A stretch of DNA of 64,000 nucleotides, taken from positions 5,230,325 to 5,294,324 of the forward strand of contig NC_057718.1 in the NCBI RefSeq assembly GCF_004010195.1, written 5' to 3'. This DNA comes from Chiloscyllium plagiosum. Taxonomy: Eukaryota. Made by a program: the position numbers and the translations under genes. The stretch's first letter is position 1; every line of letters begins with the position of its first letter. Positions 11,701 through 23,600 of this stretch are shown here, in pieces. Below the pieces are notes generated by a model. The model was not told the origin of the DNA. It made no database searches and worked only from the letters and a program-made list of their open reading frames with translations.

Positions 11701-14700
11701 TGGCCCATTATGCGTGCCTTATTGTTGACAGTCAAAAAATATCCACTTTACTATTCTCATCCCATTCCCCGATACTTGGGCTCAAAGCCTTCTCAACTTT
11801 GGCATCGCTGGTGCACATCCAAATATTTCTGAAATGTGATGAGGGTTTCTGTCTCTCCCACCCTTACAGGCAGCGAGTTCCAGATTCCCACCACCCTCTG
11901 GGTGAAAAAGCAATTTCTCCCATCCCCTCCAAATCACCAGCCCCTTACTCTCTGATCATTAATCTCTCTGTCAAGGGGAAAAGTTTCTTTCTGTCTACCC
12001 TATCTATGCCCCTCGTAATTTTATACATCTCAGTTTCCTCTGCTCCAAAGAAAGCAATGCCAATATGTCCAATCTCTCTTCCTAACTGAACCTCTCCACT
12101 CTGGGTAATATCCTGGTAAATCTCTCTTGCACCCTCTTCAGTCATATCCCACCCCTCCCATAATATGGATTCCAGAACTGCACCCAATATTATAGCTGTG
12201 AATGAGCCCACATTTTACATAGTTCCAGCATCTTATGCTCTGTGCCTCAGCTTGAAAGGAAAGCATCCTCTGGCCTTTCCCTGTAATTCCCTCTCCTTCA
12301 GGTATTTCTTCAATTCCCTTTTGAAAGTTTCCAGTGAATTTGCTTCCATTGCCCTTTCAGGCTGCATGTTCAAGATCACAAGAACTCACTGAATAGAAAT
12401 AAACCATCCTTCTCAAAGAATTCTCTGGTTCTTTTCCCAATTATACCTCTGTTCCTTTTGGTTACAGCCCGTCGGGGCAAGTCTCTCCATCTGTGCACTT
12501 CACTTCCCCGATATCACCTGATGGACCTCTGATCCTTCCAGAGATGAGGAAAAGCCAAATAAGCAATTGGTAGAGAGGCCTTGGGAAAAGTATCTGCTCT
12601 GTCTGCTAGAGCTGGGTCAGTCCTCCCTTCACAGCTCAAAAATAAATGGCTACAGTCAACTATTTAGATTAGAGGAGACTCCCTACAGTGTGGAAAAGGC
12701 CCTTCAGCCCAACCAGTCCACACCGACCCTCCAAAGGGTAACCCACCCAGACATATTTCCCTCTGACTAATGCATCTAGCACCATGGGTAATTTAGCATA
12801 GCCAATTCACCTAACCTGCACATCTTTTGATTGTGGGAGGAAACCTGTGCAGACACAGGGAGAATGTGCAAACTCCACACAGACAGTCACCTGAGGCTAG
12901 AATTGAACCTGGGACCCTGGTGCTGTAAGGCAGCAGTGCTAACCATTGAGCCACCATGCCACCCCTATACATAGAAATATAGTCTTCCATTTCTGTTGAG
13001 ACTTGTCCATATCTTGACACACAGGGAAGTATCCAAACTCTTCATATCCAAATCAGTTTGTTTAGAAATGCAGTAACTGTTCATTTACAGTTAATCAAAC
13101 TTGCCCATTTTCTCCGCTCAGAGAACAAGGAGATGAAAGAGGTATCATCGACCAAGGGAGAAATGTTGAACAGGGCACTGGGTGCGTCACCAGTGACTGT
13201 TACTGCTCACCTCAGGCAGTAGAATGAGTTCCCATGGGCAGAAAACAGAACCTGAGATCTTTCAAGTCTGTTTGACAAAGAGACTGGTTCTCTAGCTTTG
13301 CGGTATCGGTAAGACTCGACTGGTTTAACCTCTGGCGATGTGAATTAACCCAACCGAGCCAATCCCTCAGTGACAAACTGAGACTTACTGCAGCTGGAGA
13401 TGTGGAGAGCCCAGGCTCCTGTTTGATTACCACTAAAGGAGCTTCCATGAATTTGGCGTAATCTGCCGCATACCAGACTTTCAGCTCCATCTGGGGTTGG
13501 ATATTCTGTAGAAGAAACCATTCTATTACCATCGACATTGTTAAAACTTAACCCTGATGCACATCGCACTGCTCTGTATGTATCTATCTGCTGTGGCAGA
13601 GCTCCATACTGGATGGGACTGGTCTAAACACTGACATCTACAGGAAGCACAGAATAAAAACATTCCAGCAAGAAACAAGAATTCCAAAGCAAATAAAAAT
13701 GTTAAAGATGGTATTAAACTTAACATTAAAGCATATAATTACACAAAGGTCTGCAGATACAGCTCTGGTTAATAAAGCAGGGAAAAGGTGGATTGCAAGA
13801 GAAAGCTAGCTAGAAATATAAAATCAGATTGAGGTTCTAGCAAGATGTAAAGGGCTACATTTGCTGACACCAGTCTGTGTGTTCTATGTCCCTCTTAAAT
13901 TCACAAAGATGTGAATGATTGGTTTTGGAGGGTGTGGCCCAATACCCGGGGGTAAGCAAAGGGGTGGGAGGGGCAAGGAAAGGGGCTGGTGGAGGCTTCC
14001 AGGCTCCCACATCCTTTTCCCCACCTCACCCAACCCCCACCCCGTCCTATCCTCCCACACCTGTGACCGCACTCCCATTACACATCTCCCCCTCCATCCT
14101 GTGTCCCCACATAGCCCCCATCCCACGTCCTAATTCCCATCACTTTTGCAAATTCCACACGATCGAGTCTTGGCTCTGGAATCGCAGATGCATAGATGCC
14201 CGCTGTTGTAGGGGTCAGTCAACGCTGCCTTTCTCCCAGTCAGTGAGGATAGATTCATGGTGGGTAAGAAGGTGAAAGGTCATCAGAGGGTAGGGAAATG
14301 CAAAATAAACAGCACAGCTATGGTCTGACTGAATGGCAGCACAGGCTTGAGTGGCAGAGTGGCCTACTCCTGCTCCTAATTGGTGTTAGTTAGCTCAGTT
14401 GGCTGGACAGCTTGTCTGTGATGCCAACAGTGTCAGATCAATTCCTGCACAAGCTGAGTTAACATGAAGAAGGACTCTCCTCACTCTCTCTCCTCACTGA
14501 GGTGTGGCGACCCTCAGGTTAACCCACCACCAGTCTCTCTCTCTCATGAGAGAGCAGTCCTATGATCCGGTAAGACATTGGTGACTTTATCTTGAGCTTT
14601 ATTCATGTGTTTGTACATACCCGTTCCCCTCCAATGGATCTCCAGCCCCTACCTTTACAGTGGTGAAGTACACTTCTCCCTGGTGCTGATACGCTACGAG

Positions 14701-17700
14701 GGTTTGCTCCTCCAGATTCCTCGCAGGACGGACAAACATCATCCAGTTACCAGCCTCTTCGTCTGGCGTGTTCAGGAAATATTTCACGCCGTCCTTTAAA
14801 ACCTGAGGGAGTCAAGAGTGCATATATAGAACAAGGTACAACAAGGTCTCTCTCAAACTCAAGCTTAACTCAAGGGAGACAGTAAGCTACCTTCCCCCCA
14901 AACCCACCCTCTCCCATTTATCTCTCAGCCCCCAGGCCCACAAGCCTCATTCCTGATGAAGAGCTTATGCCCGAAATGTCGATTCTCCTGCTCCTCGGAT
15001 GCTGCCTGATCTGCTGCGCTTTTCCAGCACAACACTCTCGACTCTGATCTCCAGCATCTGCAGCCCCCACTTTCTCCTATATATATTTCAATCTCAGGTG
15101 AAAAAGTCAGGGATGTTCAGTAGGTGGTACCCCTATGCTAAGCTTGGAAAATTCAAGGGCTTAAGATGGCAGATGCTGAGACAGTGTTTCTATTGGCTGG
15201 AAAGTAACAAACTAGGAGGTCATAATATCACTTTGTTCTGAGATGAGGTAGATATTTTCAGTCAGACGATGACAAATCTTTGCAATTCTTCATAGAATCA
15301 TAGACTCCATACAGACTGGAAGCAGTCCATTCAGCCCATTAAGTCCACACCACCCCTCTGAAGAGCATTCCAAATAAATCCACACCATCCCTGCAGTCCT
15401 ACAGTTCCCATGGCCAATCCTTCTAACCTGAACATCTTTGGACTGTGGGAGGAAACCAGAACATCCAGAGGGAAACTTCAGTGAGTCCTTGATGCTGAAT
15501 ATACTCACAACTGAGATCGCTAGATCTTTAGGTGCTAAGGAAATGCAGGGTTAATTTTTGAAAGTGGAGTTAGTGTAGAAGATTAGCCATGATCTTCCTC
15601 ATTGGTGTGGCATGTTTAAGGCACCTTGGACATTCCTCATGTAACTCCAAACCCATTGCAAGGGAAGGCAGAAAAATTGTCATCGAGGTGGAGAAGGAGG
15701 CCACTCAGCCCACTGAGCCTGCTTTGCCATTCTAGATCATTGCTGAAGGCCATATTCATGCACTGTCCTCATAACCCTCTGCATCATGAGGAACTAGAAA
15801 TCTATAAATTTCTGTCTTGAACTTGGTCAATGAAGGAGCATCCTCAGCCCTCTGCGGTAGAGAATTCTAAAGATTCACGACCCCCTGAGAATAAGAATTC
15901 CTCTTCATCTCACTTGTAAATGGTTTGTCCCTTATTCTGAGACTGTTCCCCTGGTTCTAGGCCCTTCAGCCCATCTAAATTTACCCAATGAAGCCCTGTA
16001 AGGATTTTGTAAGTCTCAATGAGTGTACTGCACATTTTTTTGAAACTTGAGAGAATCCAAGGCTAATCCCTATGTACCCTTCACATAAGACAATCCAGCC
16101 TGCACAGGAATTATCTTTCTCAATCGCTACCTGTAACACAAGCCTGTTGTCATCATTGTTAGTGAGACTGGTTGAGAGCTGGCCTACGTAGGGTCCAAAC
16201 TGTGTCCTCTTCTGGATCATCTTCTTGGCAAATACACCGAGGACTGCAAGGAGGAGACAAATGACACAAAATTACATCAGAATCACATTATAGACCCAGC
16301 TGGTCCCCACCAGTGCTTCTGCTCCATTCAAATCACATGTCTCCCTGTCAGCATCACCTCTATTGCTCTGTCCTTCAATAGCTCTTCCTCCCAACCCTAT
16401 CCCAAACCCACGAGGGAAAACTGCTTCTCAACGTCAACCCTTTTTGAAATTTAAAGATCTCTTTCTATCGGATTAGGAGGCCTATCCTGTTGAACCTCCC
16501 CCAGTGGACGGGTGCACATTGTGGTCCAACCAAGCTCCGGTAGGAGTTTAAAGTATAGATGGTGGGTCAATCACAAAGTGATAGCAAATGCACAGGCGTG
16601 GTTCAGGAATGTGAAGCCATGCACGCTGCAAGAGGCATCTCAAAACAATACTCAATATGGAAACAATATTCACTTGTTCTGCTGTTGGTTGGTACATTGG
16701 CCTTGATAGACAGGACTAGCCTGCATACCAATAACTCCATGAACACGTCTGTGTACCCGCAGCTTTATTGGCTATTAGGAGCCTAACCTTCCCTGGGGCA
16801 CCAGGAATTAAAATCTTTCAAGAGTTCACGGATTCAGTTAAGGACTATTATGACTCCAAGCCTTCTCTAATTCTGAGACACTATCGATTTACTCGGCAAA
16901 TCGAGAAACAAGAGAATCCATATTGGGATTTTGACTGGGTTAAGATCACTGGCAGAGGGAAGTGACTTTGATTTAGCCCTTAATGAGATGCTGAAAGACT
17001 GGTAAGTGAGATAAATGATGTAACCATGCAAAAGCCCGTGTACACTATGGACAATTTAGTATTGCCAAACTCCCTAACCTGCATATCTTTGGACTGTGGG
17101 GGGAAACCAGAGCACCTGGAGGAAACCCACACAGCCACAGGGAGAATGTACAAACCCCACCCTGTCCATCACAAACATGAAGGGATCTAACACTGATCCC
17201 TGTGGTATGCTACTGCACACTGGGCTCCAATCACACAAACAGCCTTCTAATACCACCCTCTGTCACCTGCCACTAAGCCAACTTTGGATCCATCTCTGTG
17301 AACCAGTCTGTGAACCAATGTCGCTGAGTACTAGCCTGTGTACCAATGTGGCTAGTCCAATTCAGTTTCGGGTTGATGTTAACTCCAAGATGTTGCCTCT
17401 TTGTCCCATTCCTTACTTTGCAACTGCTTCTGCCATGTATTCATTGTCATGTCCCCTTCTCCTCTGGTTTCGAACCATTCACCTCAACCTGTAAGAGGTA
17501 CTTTCAGAACCCGAGGCACATTTGGCACAGTCTCTGTACCGGGCACTCACTGTGTTTGTTGACAGCTGGCATCTCCAATACTCGGAGGGCAAGGTAATGT
17601 GGAAGACTCAGCCTGGCACGGCTGGGAATGCTCCTGTCCTTCACCTTGATCAACGGTCCATGTATCCTACACTCTCCTGGCAGGCACTTCCCACAGTCCA

Positions 17701-20603
17701 CGCACCCTATGACAACAACAACCTGCATTTATATAGCAGCTTTAATTGCAGCTGATCTAGAGACTGAACCAAGAAAGAGCAAAGAACAAAGAAAATTTAC
17801 AGCCCAGGAACAGGCCCTTCAGCCCTACAGGCCTGAGCTGATTCAAATGTACTGTCTAAACCTGTCAGTCAATTCCTAAGCATCTGTATCCTCTGCTCCT
17901 CACCTACTCATGCATCTGTCCAGACGCATCTTAAATGAATCTACCGTGCCTGCCTCTACCATCTCTGCTGGCAATGCATTCCAGACACCCACCACCCTCT
18001 GTGTGAAGTACTTGCCACATGTATCCCCTTAAACTTTCCACCTCTCACCTTGAAAGCATGACCTCTCGTTATTGAATCCTTCACCCTGGGAAAAAGCTTG
18101 TCTCTATCCACCCTGTCTATACCCTTCATGATTTTGTAAATCTCAATCAGGTCCCCTCTCAATCTCCTTTTTTTCTACTGAAAATAAACCTAACCGACTC
18201 AACCTCTCTTCATAGCTAGCACCTTCCATACCAGGCAACATCCTCGTAAACCTTCTCTGCACCCTCTCTAAAGCATCCACATCCTTTTGGTAATGTAGCG
18301 ACCAGAACTGTACACAGTATTCTAAATGCGGCCGAACCAATGTTTTGTACAATGTTAACATGATTTGCCAGCTCAATACCCCGTCCAATGAAGGCAAGCA
18401 TACCATATGCCTTCTTGACCACTCTATCCACCTGTCCATTGTACCTTCAGGGTACAATGGACCTGCACTCCCAGATCTCTCTGCCCCTCAATTTTTCCCA
18501 AGGCTCTTCCATTCATTGTATAATTCGCTCTAGAATTAGTCTTGCCTAAATGCATCACCTCACATTTGTCTGGATTGAAAGCCATCTGCCACTTGTCCAC
18601 CCAACTCACCTATCTCTATTCTCCTGTATTCTCTGACAGTCCCTTATGCTTTCTGCTACTCCACCAATCTTCGTGTCATCTGCAAACTTGCTGATCATAC
18701 CAACAGTGCCCTCTTCCAGATCATTTATGTACATCGCAAACAACAGTGGCCCCAATACTGACCCCTGTGGAACACCACTGGTCACCTTTCTCCATTTCGA
18801 GAAACACCCTTCAACTATTACTTTCTGTCTCCTGTTGCTCAACCAGTTCTTTATCCACCTAGCTGGAACACCCTGCACACCATGTGACTTCACTTTCTCC
18901 ATTAGTCTACCATGGGGAACCCTTTCAAACGCCTTACTAAAGTACATGTATATGACATCAACAGCCCTTCCTTCATCTATCAACTTGGTCATTTCCTCGA
19001 AGAACTCTATCAAGTTGGTAAGGCACGGTCTTCCCCTCACAAAATCATGCTGCCTATCACTGATAAACTCATTCTTTTCTAAATATAAATAGATCCTATC
19101 TCTCAGTACCCTCTCCAGCAACTTCCCCACCACCAACGTCAGGCTCACTGGTCTGTAATTACCCGGAATATCCCTACTATCCTTCTTGTACAGGGGGACA
19201 AGAAATTAAAGAATTAAAGTTCAGTATCGCGAAATAGCAGATTAGTGATCTCCAGCTGTGGGTTGCCTCCTGTGTGGGACCACATACTTGCTTTTTGCTT
19301 TTGGACTCCAAGCTGGAAGATGGAAGTTGGTCATTGATATATCGCTATGGCAACCAGAAAAATATTTAAGATCAAATAGGATTGTCTGGTGCACCCTGCA
19401 ATTCTACATGATTATACTATTTTATAGAATCCCTACAGTGTGGAAGCAGGGCATTCAGCCCATCAAGTCTCCGAAAAGCATCCCACCCAGATCTACCCTA
19501 TCCCTGTAACTTCCCATGGCCAATCCACCTAACCTGCACATCTTTGGACTGTGGGAGGATACCAGAGTACCCAGAGGAAACCCACACAGCCACAGGGAGA
19601 ATGTGCAAACTCCACACAGACAGTTACACAAGGCTAGAATCGAACCCACGTCCCTGGTGCTGTGATACAGCAGTGCTAACCACTGAGCCACCGTGTCACA
19701 CGTTATACAGCAGTGACATGAATACTTTATGAGAATGGGTACACTAGGAGTTTTTAGTAAAGGAAAATCTGCCTAATGACAGCCTTTGTATTGGTCTGGC
19801 TGCAGTTTGTTAGGCCAGTGGGTGCTATGTACTCAGAAGTATCTAGAAACATGTGAACAAGGAGTATCTTTCACCATCTCTCTCTGTGACCGAAAGAGCA
19901 AAACAAAAACGAAATTCTAATAGAGGAAAAGATCTAGAGATCCATCTAATGAACTATGCAATGAATGATCAATCAACACTTTGCAGCCAACATCACGTCA
20001 CCATCACTAAGAAAAAAATTCAAAAAGATTGTGAGAAACTATCTGCCCCATGTTTTGGTCTGGACTTTGAGCAACAGAATTTGTTTCTCCCTGTCTATAT
20101 TTTTTCATCTGGATAATTTGTGTCAAATCATCTGTACTTTATCTGTCCTATTTGTGAAGGAATGCTCGTCTGATTGGGTTTTTAAGGTCATAGTTTAAGT
20201 TGAACTTCATTGAGATCTAATCCTGTTTTGTTTGCCATTTGTTGAATGAGTTTCTTTTGTTAAATAAGTAGATATTTTCCTGTTAATAAGGAAAGCCAGT
20301 GTGAATTGATTTTGTCCTGAATAGCAGTGAATCAGGCGAATGAATTATTTTGGTCAGATATTTATGACGGCTTAGGAATTGTCGGGCTCTATTCTAGCAC
20401 GTTTTTCTCTAGTGGATCAGGACCTGACTCTGATCATCTTCCAACATTCATTCACTTGGAGACTGATGTGTGTGTGTACTTTAAATGAGGAGTTCTGAAT
20501 AAAACAAGTAGGGGAAATGAGCTACAAGTGAACACAAGTCAAACTTTCCAACATAATTTAAGACAAAGAGAAGATTGAACTTACAGAGCTCGTCGGAGGA
20601 CAT
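4445..20603 (-). CDS. PLAGL1: PR/SET-domain-containing PLAG-family zinc-finger protein (PLAGL1/ZAC1 orthologue); predicted 7 coding exons join(20603..20585,17706..17551,16243..16131,14802..14653,13505..13389,11248..10827,5714..4445), 748 aa
   Basis: All six introns are GT...AG with compatible phases (1,1,0,0,0,2). Exon lengths 19+156+113+150+117+422+1270=2247 nt with no internal stop. The C-terminal part is clearly PLAG family and the N-terminal part is a PRDM-type zinc knuckle + PR domain. Linked on the same strand to SF3B5, as human PLAGL1 is. Confidence 0.82.
5755..6055 (+). mobile_element. 3' end of a second LINE family (CR1/L2 group)
   Basis: Same sequence as 9330-9630 (+) and the reverse complement of 8000-8330, ending aataaatgctggcc...aatgaataaa. 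Confidence 0.7.
7490..7800 (-). mobile_element. Second SINE family; related copies at ~23690-24040(+), 25815-26120(-), 27865-28150(+), 42770-43045(+)
   Basis: Shared core ccagaccaggtaaggatggca...ttccct / agggaaggaaa...ccttac...ggtctgg, a tRNA-like head (gggttcgaatcccacc) and a tail shared with the second LINE family. Confidence 0.65.
8000..9640. mobile_element. LINE (CR1/L2 group) RT fragment on minus (8000-9215) abutting an oppositely oriented 3' fragment on plus (9230-9640)
   Basis: [40 protein letters not shown] and [17 protein letters not shown] are RT motifs. Confidence 0.8.
9765..10746 (-). mobile_element. Penelope-like element 3' fragment (GIY-YIG remnant) with inverted terminus and target-site duplication
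   Basis: [26 protein letters not shown]. Direct repeat CTGACCAAAACACT at 9751-9764 and 10747-10760. Confidence 0.8.
10827..11248 (-). CDS. PLAGL1: PLAGL1 exon: degenerate C2HC finger, linker, PLAG ZF1 and most of ZF2
   Basis: [27 protein letters not shown]...[48 protein letters not shown]. Acceptor tttctcctgcag|ACG. Donor AG|gtaaag at 10826; AG+A makes the Arg in KYKLIR-HMASH. Confidence 0.92.
11404..11690 (-). mobile_element. HE1/V-SINE-like SINE
   Basis: Same consensus as 3001-3340. Confidence 0.85.
12665..12964 (-). mobile_element. HE1/V-SINE-like SINE
   Basis: Same consensus, with a small internal deletion. Confidence 0.85.
13389..13505 (-). CDS. PR/SET domain C-terminal exon (39 codons)
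   Basis: [39 protein letters not shown], containing the PRDM ELxVWY motif. Acceptor ttcttctacag|AAT, donor GCA|gtaagt, phase 0/0. Confidence 0.9.
14653..14802 (-). CDS. PR/SET domain core exon (50 codons)
   Basis: [59 protein letters not shown]...EQxLVAYQ is the PRDM10/15-type motif. Acceptor tccctcag|GTT, donor AAG|gtaggg. Confidence 0.92.
14895..15078 (+). mobile_element. Penelope-like terminal fragment with hammerhead-like motif
   Basis: CTGATGAagagcttatgcccGAAAtgtc at 14953-14980, followed by the common ctgctcctcggatgctgcctga...ccagcatctgcag terminus. Confidence 0.7.
16131..16243 (-). CDS. PR/SET domain N-terminal exon
   Basis: (I)[40 protein letters not shown]...KRTQFGP is the PRDM10/15-type motif. 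Acceptor ctccttgcag|TC (phase 1), donor CAG|gtagcg. Confidence 0.9.
16780..17030 (+). mobile_element. Gypsy gag fragment inside a PR-domain intron
   Basis: Similar to 32120-32370 (ttaaggactattatgactccaagccttctctaattctgagacactatc...tcggcaaa). Confidence 0.65.
17551..17706 (-). CDS. PRDM zinc-knuckle exon
   Basis: (W)[51 protein letters not shown]. The WCxxC-x7-CxxHGP...SRARxSLP pattern is the PRDM4/10/15 zinc knuckle. Acceptor gttgtcatag|GG, donor A|gtgagt. Confidence 0.9.
17780..19200 (-). mobile_element. CR1-clade LINE 3' fragment
   Basis: [18 protein letters not shown]...[20 protein letters not shown]...[32 protein letters not shown]. Confidence 0.92.
19425..19696 (-). mobile_element. HE1/V-SINE-like SINE
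   Basis: Same consensus. Confidence 0.85.
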
Positions 20604-20618
20604 GTTCGAGGAGGATAT
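20585..20618 (-). CDS. Micro-exon carrying the putative start (ATG 20603-20601, MSSDEL) and the T of the conserved knuckle Trp
   Basis: ttttcctcagcag|ATATCCTCCTCGAACATGTCCTCCGACGAGCTCT|gtaagt. The consensus donor is phase 1, and T+GG of the next exon gives TGG (W) of WCxxC. The ATG has A at -3. Confidence 0.75.
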
Positions 20619-23600
20619 CTGCTGAGGAAAATACTGTTTAGTAAAACACACAGCGACAGTCCTTAATCCTTCCATAACTTTGCCAGTACGATTCCTTGTC
20701 TCACCATTTACTTTCATGATTCCATCAATCTTTGAAAGCTCTTGCCTTGGTTGGAATACAGAAGTCAATGAATTAAAGGAAAGAATCGGACTCTAGAGAA
20801 ATCTCCCAAGCGCCATATAATTGAGACACTGCAACAACAACAAACAACCCACCACTTGCACTTAAAACACAGCCTTAATTAAACTGCTCCAAAGCACACC
20901 ACTGCAGCACTATTGTGCATTGTTGAACAGTAACATAGGCAGACGTTAATTGACCAAAAGCTGGTCAAATGTGATAAGCTTTAAAGAGGAGGAAAGCGAG
21001 GTTGAGAAGTTTAGCGAGGCACTTGGGGCCTTGGCTGTCTGTGGGAGCTTGCTGTGTGCTGTGATTCCTCTGTTATACCAGAGACCATAATCTCTATTGT
21101 GTCCAAAACAGATTCTGAGGACATGAAAGGCTCTATTTAAATGCAATCTTTTTTTAAAAACAAAACAGCCATATTGATATCTCCATGGAACTTTAATCTC
21201 TTTCCCTGTAAATGACAAACACACAACCCCTTGGGAAGAGATTAGATCATTCTCCAGGGGGTTTTAAGCTGTAGCATCAAATTCTAGCAATGCCCTTCGC
21301 TACTCAATCATCCCCTCCCAAATTCGCCAGTAACATTCTATGCTCACCACTACAACATTCCTGCAAACAACACTACATTTCTTTGATGTTTATTTTCATT
21401 GAGGCACAAGATATGGACTCCATTGATAACACTGGCATTTGAATCTCTCTCCTCACTGGCCCAACGATGGTATTGCTGAATCTTCTCATGTATTCAGCAG
21501 AAATACCTTGATACAACTGAGCGGCCATTTCGGAGAGAACTTGAGTTCTGGTTTGGAATTGAAATCACCCCTGTAGTGCAGAGTGGTCAGAACAGTCAGT
21601 TCGCTGCCCTAAAAGGTGATCAAATTAGATTTTTATGACACTGCTGATTCCGGCTTTTAAAACCTAGTGCTTTCTTAAAACTGATATTATGGTGGAGTAT
21701 ACCTGATTATTAGCACAGACCTTGAAAGTAATTTAATGACTGCATCATTATTTGTTTCTGTTTATTTCTGTTGACATCCAGTGAAAGCTGCAGTCAGCAC
21801 TGGTGAGGAGTCTTCAGCGAGTCCATAAAACAGCCTTCAGAGCCTAAATTGGGAGTGAAATCTGAGTGAATTTCAGCAAATTTGGATTGTGGGTCAACCC
21901 ACAACGGACTGCAGCAGTTCAAGAAGGCAGCTCACCACCACCTTTTCAAGGGGCAACTAGGGACAGGCAATAAACGCAGGACTCAGCCAGTGACTCCAAT
22001 GTCCAATGAATGAATAAAAAACACTTGCTCTTTTTGCTTCACCCCCCACACTTCAGTGAGAGACCACAAGGTAAACAATCTCACCAACAAGCAGTGGAGG
22101 AAATAAACGGGGAATCTCAATCCCAGAACTTGGAACCTATTGCATTGAAACAAACTGTTCAGCTCAACTAATCTCTGCTGGTATTTATACTCTTCAAAAG
22201 CCTACTCCCAGTCCATTCACCTTATCTCAGCCTTCCAGGGCATCTTTCTATCCCCATTTCTCTCATGTTCTCATCTGGTTTTCTGAGAGAGGAGTTACCC
22301 ATGAGAGGAAAGGTGTGTCTGTTAGATTACCCATCCAGTCAGGTGCATTCTTGGAGGTTTCATCACAACCATTCCATTTTCCTGTCCCTCATCAGCACAT
22401 GGCTCCTTATTGGGTCAATTGGTCAAATGGTCTCTTCTCACACTTCATTTCTTTAGCTTAGTATCTTGCTCCATTCCACAACATCACACTGGACTCATTC
22501 CTGTGCTGGAACTGCATCATTGCACACTATCCTGATCAGGGGCACAGATCTCAAGGGAGAGGCATGAATCATTGTCTGCTGAAATGGTAGATCTGTCTAG
22601 ATTGAGGGCTGGGTATGGATCTGTCTTGCTCAGTGAGGCACATCCATATGATATATAAAGATCATTTGAGAGAATGGATTTTCAAACAGTAGCATTTGGG
22701 ATTGCTTTTCTGAAGCATTTCTTTAGAAATAACTAGGTCAGATAATCCTTCTGAAATAGTGATCTAATTCAGTATAAGTTAGACAACAGAGAACCCTTGG
22801 AGTGTTAATAAAAGATTGTTTTTACTGCTTCTTTTATGACAGTTTGAGTAAACATTAAAGCTATTTGCTTATTTTTGATTAAGACAAGGATTGTTGTTGA
22901 AACTGAAAGTTTTTCAGGCAGTTCAGAATAGACCTGAGAAGGTTCAGATAAATATAGTTAGCTAAGCAAATATAATTTCTCTCTGAGAAACAAGTACAGT
23001 ATATGACAGTTCAGGGAAAACATGGTTATTTTAGTCTAAAAGTTTAGTTTGTGAAACATCCAAACCAAAAGTATTTGGTTAGAAATCTGCAGGCTGAGAA
23101 AGTTTAAACTCACAATTGATAGTCTACAGAAACAGAACTGGAGAGAATCAGTGAGACAAAATTTAAAGATTTTATATGGAGGAGTAATTTCACTAGATTT
23201 GAGTCTCTGTAATGGATAGCATCAGAAAACAGCTTGAGACTTTGTTTTTCAGTGTGTATCAAAACCATTCAAACTGCGTTCCAGAATTAGAAAATCTTTT
23301 TACTTGACTTTTGTGTAATAATTTTCTATTCCATTGTTAATAAAAAAAAACTGCAGTGCAGCATAACTATATTTAATTGAATGACTACCACGTTATCTAA
23401 AATAAGACCTTTCATTCTAGGATTTGACTTATTCAGCTTGGATCCCAACAAGGAACACATTTTATGGTCGATAAGGAGGGGAGCAAATATTAGGTCTGAC
23501 TGCGGGGTGAATGATATGGCCATTAAAACAGTAATTGTATGACTTGACTTGTTAATCACCAGGCAGATCCTTCCAACACTTCACACCCATCTCTGAGGCA

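Noticed and set aside
13389..17706. PR exons as a separate PRDM10 or PRDM15 gene
   Set aside because: No PRDM10/15 finger exons or alternative terminal exon are visible, and the next compatible exon is the PLAG ZF1 exon. Not formally excluded without transcript data.
20619..20768. Rest of the 95-aa ORF around the micro-exon
   Set aside because: It lies upstream of a good acceptor and has no recognisable similarity; treated as intron.
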